DNA of 64,000 nt from Spirochaetales bacterium (lineage in GTDB: Bacteria > Spirochaetota > GWE2-31-10). Positions 57,981 through 64,000 of this stretch are shown here, one piece after another. How positions within the stretch are numbered: position 1 is the first letter of the stretch; each line of letters begins with the position of its first letter. The stretch spans positions 1,003 through 65,002 of the forward strand of contig JAGANG010000035.1 in assembly GCA_017624275.1 (NCBI GenBank), given 5' to 3'. A program made the translations under genes and the position numbers. The notes under the pieces are model-generated. The model was given only the letters and a program-made list of their open reading frames with translations, searched no databases and was not told the DNA's origin.

Positions 57981-58583
57981 TTATAAAGGTCTGAAATCTG
58001 CCGCTCCGTGCTTACATATCGGACAAATATAATCCGGCGGCAAAGTTTCACCTTCGTAAATAAAGCCGCAAACAATACATATAAAACCTTTTTTGCCGGC
58101 AGCCACGTTATCCTTTTCTTTTATATTTGAATAATAATATGCATAAGTAACAGAAGATTTATCAGACAAAATTTCTCCGTCGGTAACTTCGGCAATAAAC
58201 ATTGTGTGAGTTCCCAAATCTACCGTTTTAATAACTTTTCCGGAAATATAACCGTTAGATTCTTTAGTAAGATAAACTATTCCGTTTGCCGCTCTGGCAA
58301 AATCCACTTCTACAAGTTTATCTGAATCTCGTCCGCTTTTAAAACCAAAATTTTTATAAGTAGCAAATTGAGAACTTTCATCTAATATTGAGATGTTAAA
58401 TTCTTTGTTTTTTAAAATTATATCATGAGTGTAATTACTTTTATTTACAACTACGGAAATACAATTCGGTTCAATCGTTACTTGCATTGCCGTATTGATA
58501 ATACAACCGTTATCCTTTTCACCGTCTTTTGCCGTAAGAACAAAAAGTCCGTAACTAATTTTATTCATTACATCAATATTCAT
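57981..58583 (-). CDS. Flavin reductase domain fused to a C-terminal rubredoxin (high-molecular-weight rubredoxin type)
   Basis: 200 aa. Flavin reductase-like N-terminal domain (GLFVLTAKDGEKDNGCIINT). Rubredoxin CxxC pairs CIVCGFIYEG...CPICKHG. Confidence 0.75.
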   Translation of the reverse strand: MNIDVMNKISYGLFVLTAKDGEKDNGCIINTAMQVTIEPNCISVVVNKSNYTHDIILKNKEFNISILDESSQFATYKNFGFKSGRDSDKLVEVDFARAANGIVYLTKESNGYISGKVIKTVDLGTHTMFIAEVTDGEILSDKSSVTYAYYYSNIKEKDNVAAGKKGFICIVCGFIYEGETLPPDYICPICKHGAADFRPL

Positions 58584-58644
58584 AATCTCAACTCCTTTAT
58601 TATCAATAATAACATACTAATGTTAAATACCAATCTAAACTTAC

Positions 58645-59661
58645 TCAATAATTACTGCTCATTTTATTTTTATCAACAACAAAATATCGCATTCCGTTTA
58701 TTGTCTTTTCTGAAATTCCGGCAGAAAAAACAATTCCGTTTTTATTTATAAAAATAGCTTCTGCATTTTTATGTTTATTAATAAAATCCAGTCCCTTATT
58801 TACCCCCATTACAAACAACGAAGTAGATAACGCATCTGCACACACAGAATCCGGTGAAATCACGGTAACGGAAGATACATCACTTTCTGCAGGATAACCG
58901 GTTTTAGGATTGAGAATATGGTGATACCGCTTTCCGTCAGTTCCTACAAAAAATCTTTCATAATCTCCGGAAGTTACAATAGTCACTCCTGTCATTTGAA
59001 TATATCCGGCAACGGAACTGTCGGAAAAAGGATCTTTTATTGCAATATTCCATTCCCTTTTCCCATTAAAAAGCCCGGAAAGTACAATATCACCGCCACC
59101 GTTAATAATAAAATTATCAACGCCTTGACTTCTTAAATATTCTGAAATCAGATGCAATATTTTTCCCTTAGCAATTCCGCCGACATCGACAGCCGCATTA
59201 TTTTCTAAACTTATCTGATTGTCGGTAAACCTGACTTTATCAACGCCGCAATTTTTAAGAGTCGCACTTATTTCCTCTTCCGACGGTGCTGATAATGCAT
59301 TTTCAATATTCCACAATTTAATCAACGGAAACAAAGTATAGTCAAAAACACCGCCTGTAATCTTATGATAAAAATCTGCCTCTTGAAGCATTTTGTAAAT
59401 ATCTTGATTATCCGTAGTACCACATTGATTAAGTCGAAAAACTTCACCGTAAGACTGTTTGGATGAAAAAACTTTATCGTATTTATCTGCTACTTTAAAT
59501 GCGTCATCAAGAATTTGTGATGCATTTTTTTTATTGGAAAAAAATTGAATATTAAGAATTGTCCCCATTACAAGTTCTGTTCTACTGTGCTTTTTTACGG
59601 CACATACAGAAAATACAACAGTTAATAATAAAATTTCACAGATAAAACGTTTTATTCTCAT
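58645..59661 (-). CDS. apbE: FAD:protein FMN transferase (ApbE/Ftp family) lipoprotein
   Basis: 338 aa. Lipobox FSVC. ApbE-like VDVGGIAKG, TSGDYERF and HHILNPKTG motifs. Confidence 0.85.
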   Translation of the reverse strand: MRIKRFICEILLLTVVFSVCAVKKHSRTELVMGTILNIQFFSNKKNASQILDDAFKVADKYDKVFSSKQSYGEVFRLNQCGTTDNQDIYKMLQEADFYHKITGGVFDYTLFPLIKLWNIENALSAPSEEEISATLKNCGVDKVRFTDNQISLENNAAVDVGGIAKGKILHLISEYLRSQGVDNFIINGGGDIVLSGLFNGKREWNIAIKDPFSDSSVAGYIQMTGVTIVTSGDYERFFVGTDGKRYHHILNPKTGYPAESDVSSVTVISPDSVCADALSTSLFVMGVNKGLDFINKHKNAEAIFINKNGIVFSAGISEKTINGMRYFVVDKNKMSSNY

Positions 59662-60221
59662 AATTTCAATTTTCCTCCGCCGGCACGAACCTCTTTTATC
59701 CCGTCAGTTGCAGACAATCGAACAATCGAAGACGGAATGCCGGGCAAATATTTTTCATCAAATACAAATAAATCTACCGAATCACCAAAAGCCTCTTCCA
59801 TTTCTGTAGGATTTTCTAAAGGAGATTCGCCGGAAAAATTTACACTTGTAGAATAGAGAATCTTACCTGTTTTAGCAACCAACTCATTCAAAACATTCCA
59901 TTTCGGCATTCTTACACCGCAAGTAGTACCGTCAATACTGTCAAAAATAAAAGTAAACGGACCGGGCCAATTCTTCTTTAAAATATTAATAAAAGGCTTA
60001 TAGATAACATTCAGTTCATCCAAGTTACTCATGTCGCTGATAAAAAATAAAAAAGGCTTATTATCACGCCTTTTTATTTCTCTGACCTTTTCAGAAGCTT
60101 CTTTAGTAAACAAAAAACCGTAAACCGTATCTGACGGCATTATTACAATTCCGCCCTTATCAAGTACGCCGGCTATTTTATCTATAGGATAATTTCCGTT
60201 AATAAGAATTTTCTCACTCAT
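59658..60221 (-). CDS. tsaC: L-threonylcarbamoyladenylate synthase (YrdC/TsaC-type, t6A pathway)
   Basis: 187 aa. YrdC fold motifs VIMPSDTVYGF and STSVNFSG. Confidence 0.8.
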   Translation of the reverse strand: MSEKILINGNYPIDKIAGVLDKGGIVIMPSDTVYGFLFTKEASEKVREIKRRDNKPFLFFISDMSNLDELNVIYKPFINILKKNWPGPFTFIFDSIDGTTCGVRMPKWNVLNELVAKTGKILYSTSVNFSGESPLENPTEMEEAFGDSVDLFVFDEKYLPGIPSSIVRLSATDGIKEVRAGGGKLKL

Positions 60222-60672
60222 TTTCTATTCCAAAAACAATCAATAAAATAAAAACAGAAATCAATAAGTAAAACAACGCACTAATCATCTGCTTCATTTT
60301 TTGAATCTTTTCTACTTCAGATGTTACACGAACATACTCTTTCAAATAAGTATTACTTTCCCCAATATTCAAAGAAACTCGTTTTGATGCATTATCACGA
60401 ATGCGAAACAAAACCTTCTTATTATTATCAAAAAAACCTAAGTTATTAGCTAACTCTTCTTTTGCCGACTCATGAGTATCCGAAGATTTTAAATATGCAA
60501 CATACTCTTCAAGATTACTTTTCTCATCTTTAAGATATTCCATATAATTTTGAAGAGCTTCCATTTCCTTTCGCAATTTATAGCCTTCAATCAAACCGTT
60601 ACTTCCTAAAAGTAACTGATTTAAAATTACAGATAAAATAATAGCAAAAACTAAGAATATAACTTTCTTCAC
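60214..60672 (-). CDS. Septum formation initiator family protein (FtsB/DivIC-like) with a second C-terminal TM segment
   Basis: 152 aa. N-terminal TM segment, then the coiled coil GSNGLIEGYKLRKEMEALQNYMEYLKDEKSNLEEYV. GTG start with a GAGGAG RBS. Confidence 0.6.
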   Translation of the reverse strand: MKKVIFLVFAIILSVILNQLLLGSNGLIEGYKLRKEMEALQNYMEYLKDEKSNLEEYVAYLKSSDTHESAKEELANNLGFFDNNKKVLFRIRDNASKRVSLNIGESNTYLKEYVRVTSEVEKIQKMKQMISALFYLLISVFILLIVFGIENE

Positions 60673-60716
60673 AATTATTCGCTCCTCAATAACCTCTGAA
60701 TCTTATCGGAATATAT

Positions 60717-60750
60717 AAAAAAACACCCCGAACAACAATTTCCGGGGTGT
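60717..60750 (-). terminator. Rho-independent terminator downstream of dapL
   Basis: On the minus strand, an 8-bp GC-rich stem ACACCCCG/CGGGGTGT with a 12-nt loop is followed by TTTTTT. Confidence 0.6.
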
Positions 60751-60759
60751 AACATTCAT

Positions 60760-61983
60760 TTAAAACTTCAATTTCACCAATCTATCAATAGCTTCTTCAA
60801 CGTTGCTTTTTTCACCGAATGCCGAAAGTCGGAAATATCCCTCTCCACATAAACCAAAACCGGCTCCCGGAGTTCCGACAACTTGTACTTCATTTAAAAG
60901 TTTGTGGAAAAAGTCCCAACTTGAAAGATTAGCCGGAGTTTTCAACCACACATAAGGAGAATTTATTCCGCCTGTAGATGAAATTCCCAACTTTGTAATA
61001 CCTTCTTTAATAATTCTGGCATTTTCAAGATAATAATTAATTGTTGCGTCAACCTCTGCTTTTCCTTCAGGAGTAAATACAACCTCAGCTCCTTTTTGGA
61101 TTAAATAAGCTGTTCCGTTAAACTTAGTAGTCTGACGACGCAACCACAATTTATGCAATTCATAAGCTTTACCGTCGTTATCATAAACAACCAATTCCTT
61201 AGGAATAATAGTATAAGAAAGACGTGTTCCGGTAAAACCGGCAGTTTTAGAAAGACTTCTGAATTCTACGGCACACTCTCTGGCTCCCTCGATTTCAAAA
61301 ATTGAATGAGGAATATTATCTTCTCTGATAAATGCTTCGTATGCTGCATCGAACAAAATCAACGCTTTATTTGCTCTTGCATAATCTACCCATTTTTTCA
61401 ATTCATCTTTTGTAGCTACCTGACCAGTAGGATTATTAGGAAAACAAAGATAAATCAAATCTACCGGCTGTTTAGGTAATTCCGGGATAAAATTATTTTC
61501 CTGATTACATTCCAAATATACAAAATCAGTATATCTACCGCCTTTGTAAACACCGCCGCGACCTGCCATTACATTACTGTCTACATAAACAGGATAAACC
61601 GGATCCGGAACTGCAATTTTTATATCACTGGAAAACAATTCCTGAAAATTCGCTGTATCTTCTTTTGCTCCGGTAGAAACAAAAATTTCATCATCGGCAA
61701 TATTTACGCCTTTAGAACGAAAATCATTTTCTGCAATCTTATTACGTAAAAAATCATATCCCTGTTCCGGTCCATATCCATGAACATTTTTTTCCAAATC
61801 AAGAACTACTTCTTTTAATGATGAAATAACTTTTCCAGTCAAAGGTTTTGTAACATCACCGATACCCAAGCGAATAATTCTTTTGTCCGGATTAGCTTGC
61901 TGATATGCATTAACTTGACGACCAATCTCGGTAAACAAATAATTTCCCGGCAATTTATTGTAATTTTCATTTAATTTAATCAT
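60760..61983 (-). CDS. dapL: LL-diaminopimelate aminotransferase
   Basis: 407 aa. N-terminal IKLNENYNKLPGNYLF typical of DapL and the PLP-Lys context RSLSKTAGFTGTRL. Confidence 0.85.
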   Translation of the reverse strand: MIKLNENYNKLPGNYLFTEIGRQVNAYQQANPDKRIIRLGIGDVTKPLTGKVISSLKEVVLDLEKNVHGYGPEQGYDFLRNKIAENDFRSKGVNIADDEIFVSTGAKEDTANFQELFSSDIKIAVPDPVYPVYVDSNVMAGRGGVYKGGRYTDFVYLECNQENNFIPELPKQPVDLIYLCFPNNPTGQVATKDELKKWVDYARANKALILFDAAYEAFIREDNIPHSIFEIEGARECAVEFRSLSKTAGFTGTRLSYTIIPKELVVYDNDGKAYELHKLWLRRQTTKFNGTAYLIQKGAEVVFTPEGKAEVDATINYYLENARIIKEGITKLGISSTGGINSPYVWLKTPANLSSWDFFHKLLNEVQVVGTPGAGFGLCGEGYFRLSAFGEKSNVEEAIDRLVKLKF

Positions 61984-62023
61984 AGTAAATAACTCCTTAT
62001 TCTTTTTAGTGTATGTCTATTTT

Positions 62024-63166
62024 TTATCTCTTACAACCACCCTGCTTTCCATTGCGTGTAAGGTTGTCTAAAATTTTCGAATCATATTTCAAAACTTTAT
62101 CTTTTCTCAACTGAGCCTGACGTAATGCCTCTTCAATCAATACATCAATCAACTTTGTAAACGGTAAATCATTATGCTCCCAAAGATAAAAACTGAATGA
62201 ACCGGGAATTGTATTGATTTCATTGACATAAACATGTTCTCTTGATTCATCCATCAAATAATCAACACGAACTACCCCGCAACAATCCATTGTCTTATAG
62301 ATTTGCTTTGTATAGTTTTCAATATGTTCTTTTTGCTCTTTCGTAACTTCAGCCGGAATCTTACGCCCCATAGATCCCATACCTTTAGTTTTAGAATTGG
62401 CATTAATATATTTATCATCGAATGAAAGAAATTTTTCCCATCTGACAGGCTCTTCCAAAACAGATGTCAAAACTTCATTATCTTTCATTATTGCAGAACA
62501 GTTGATTTCTACCGAATTAGCAACACCTTTTTCTACGATTATTCTGTAGTCGTATTTACTTGCCACATCGATAGCGTTAATCAAATCCTTTTCATCATTT
62601 ACCATCGAAATCCCTATTGAAGAACCTAAATTAGCCGGTTTTACAAATACGGGATAATCAAGCGTATAACGAACTTTTTTTATTACCTCATCGGAGTTTT
62701 CAATCCAATCATGTCTTGTAAACCAAATATAAGGCAACACAGGTAAATCAATTCCTGAAAAAATACTTTTCATTACGATTTTATCCATACCGGAAGCAGA
62801 ACCTACAACTCCGCTGCTTGTATACGGAATATCAAGAAATTCTAAAAAACTTTGCAATTTGCCGTCTTCACCGTAATTTCCGTGACATGCAATAATCACT
62901 GCATCCAAAGAATTAAGAATATTCTTCTTGTCCTTTTTATTTAATGAAGGTTGAAATTGTTTAGCACATTTCTTAGTCCAATTTTTGTAGATTTTTAAAT
63001 CTTTAAGTTTCTTTTCACCAAAAAACCAGTCTCCGTCTTTATCGATATAAATAAGCTCCGGAGTATATTTTGACTTGTCAAGATTTTCATAAACTTGAAG
63101 CCCGGTAATAATAGACACTTCATGTTCTACTGATTTTCCGCCGTATATAATGCCAATTTTTTTCAT
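62024..63166 (-). CDS. ddl: D-alanine--D-alanine ligase
   Basis: MKKIGIIYGGKSVEHEVS start, ATP-grasp motifs (VFVKPANLGSS, EINTIPG). ATG 63166 has a GGGAG RBS. The ORF-track start at 63202 is an upstream extension. Confidence 0.9.
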   Translation of the reverse strand: MKKIGIIYGGKSVEHEVSIITGLQVYENLDKSKYTPELIYIDKDGDWFFGEKKLKDLKIYKNWTKKCAKQFQPSLNKKDKKNILNSLDAVIIACHGNYGEDGKLQSFLEFLDIPYTSSGVVGSASGMDKIVMKSIFSGIDLPVLPYIWFTRHDWIENSDEVIKKVRYTLDYPVFVKPANLGSSIGISMVNDEKDLINAIDVASKYDYRIIVEKGVANSVEINCSAIMKDNEVLTSVLEEPVRWEKFLSFDDKYINANSKTKGMGSMGRKIPAEVTKEQKEHIENYTKQIYKTMDCCGVVRVDYLMDESREHVYVNEINTIPGSFSFYLWEHNDLPFTKLIDVLIEEALRQAQLRKDKVLKYDSKILDNLTRNGKQGGCKR

Positions 63167-63311
63167 TTTATATAATCTCCCATAATGCCAGCTCAACCTC
63201 AAATGGGTAAGTTCATTTTGTGCCAGTATTTAACTTATTTTATGAAAAAAATCAATTGTTATGCTATAACTTGCCAAAATAAGTATATTACAATGAGAAA
63301 AGGAGCCTATA

Positions 63312-63971
63312 ATGAAAAAGAATATCATAGCTTGTTTTTTTATCTTTTGTATATCTTTAATAAATGCAGAAATCCTTCCTCAAAATGATGCCGTAGCCAC
63401 CCGTATAAAAAACATTCTTATCGACGGATATGACAACTACGAAGGCTTTAATTTTAAAGAGCGACTCGTACTTAAATTCGGAAAAAGAACTTTTATCGAT
63501 TGCGTAACATTATGGCACCAAAACTATACAAATATTGAAAATATAGAAATAAAACTCCACTACCAATTAAGAAACTTATCTGAAAAAGTATTCAAATATG
63601 AAAGCTACGAAAAAGCCGCAAGATTTAAAGAAGCACTGGAAGAACTAACTTTTTTAGGATTTTGCAATGTCGATTTGTACTATAAAGCATTACTGAAAAC
63701 TGAGAATTTACCGGAAATGTTTACAACCGACGACATTGATGACGCATTGGCAAATCCGGAGTTTTTTTTATTGAAAAAACAACTTTATGAAAAAGAAGAA
63801 GATTTGAAACAAGAAATCAGAAGTCATCTAGCTTCAAAAGAATGCAAAAACAAACTTGGTCTATATTTATTCTTTTTCGATTTTGTCAATAAAATCAGAT
63901 TCGGCATAATAAAGAAAGACATAGAGAAAAGCTATAAAGCTATATTAGAAAAACAAAAAAAACCACAATAA
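63312..63971 (+). CDS. Hypothetical secreted protein
   Basis: 219 aa. Signal peptide (ACFFIFCISLINA), AAGGAG RBS, helical and charged C-terminal half. No recognisable domain. Confidence 0.5.
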   Translation: MKKNIIACFFIFCISLINAEILPQNDAVATRIKNILIDGYDNYEGFNFKERLVLKFGKRTFIDCVTLWHQNYTNIENIEIKLHYQLRNLSEKVFKYESYEKAARFKEALEELTFLGFCNVDLYYKALLKTENLPEMFTTDDIDDALANPEFFLLKKQLYEKEEDLKQEIRSHLASKECKNKLGLYLFFFDFVNKIRFGIIKKDIEKSYKAILEKQKKPQ

Positions 63972-64000
63972 TTTGTACTCCTGCATAACTATCGAGTCAT

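Noticed and set aside
1-64000. I looked for CRISPR arrays, IS elements, prophage genes, toxin-antitoxin pairs and known defence-system hallmarks (nuclease/ATPase/TIR/SIR2-type genes).
   Set aside because: None was recognised. The only strongly repetitive DNA is the coding LRR array, and the lone XRE gene has no small partner ORF with an RBS on either side.

Overview
The window is a visibly AT-rich, gene-dense bacterial chromosome segment. It holds about 56 protein-coding genes and one tRNA (Gly-UCC). I saw no rRNA, CRISPR array, transposase, integrase or phage genes. The lineage is probably a spirochete. Supporting signs are a ~900-aa long-form GreA, LL-diaminopimelate aminotransferase DapL, an ApbE/Ftp-type lipoprotein, a BspA/LrrA-type LRR lipoprotein and L-x-x-C lipoboxes. 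This assignment is inference only.

Most of the content is housekeeping:
- **Left block (minus strand):** one long co-directional run of TPR protein, mreB, mreC, mreD, mrdA, rodA, a radical-SAM gene, a metallophosphoesterase, a Ser/Thr kinase and tRNA-Gly, followed by rarA, tilS and pth.
- **Middle:** a YeiH-like transporter, a J-domain protein, trkH/trkA, recX, archaeal-type aspS and ugd.
- **Most accessory-looking stretch (26.3-37.5 kb):** a CHASE2/cyclase-like sensor, a YibQ-type deacetylase, an HD-GYP protein, a GH53 galactanase, an XRE regulator and a 1392-aa LRR lipoprotein.
- **Right half:** alkD-like gene, ligA, an atypical sigma-like protein, pyrBI, fabG, then fabF, a CrtI-like flavoprotein, slt and rfbCD, followed by an ACP, long greA, TPR proteins, a TIGR01212 radical-SAM gene, rhomboid, a flavin reductase-rubredoxin, apbE, tsaC, an ftsB-like gene, dapL and ddl.

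I found no canonical defence, toxin or mobile-element hallmarks. The signals most worth a second look are:
1. An in-frame TAA splits mrdA (PBP2).
2. The 460-nt pth/yeiH-like gap contains a hairpin-dense, locally GC-enriched core and a small ORF whose Shine-Dalgarno is sequestered in a stem.
3. A terminator-like hairpin sits in the leader of the TPR-greA operon.
4. The sigma-like protein carries a ~75-aa insertion inside region 4.
5. The CHASE2 sensor has an apparently degenerate cyclase domain and lies next to an HD-GYP protein.
6. The LRR lipoprotein gene contains a recent 333-bp internal duplication.

All functional calls come from motif recognition by eye. No searches were run.
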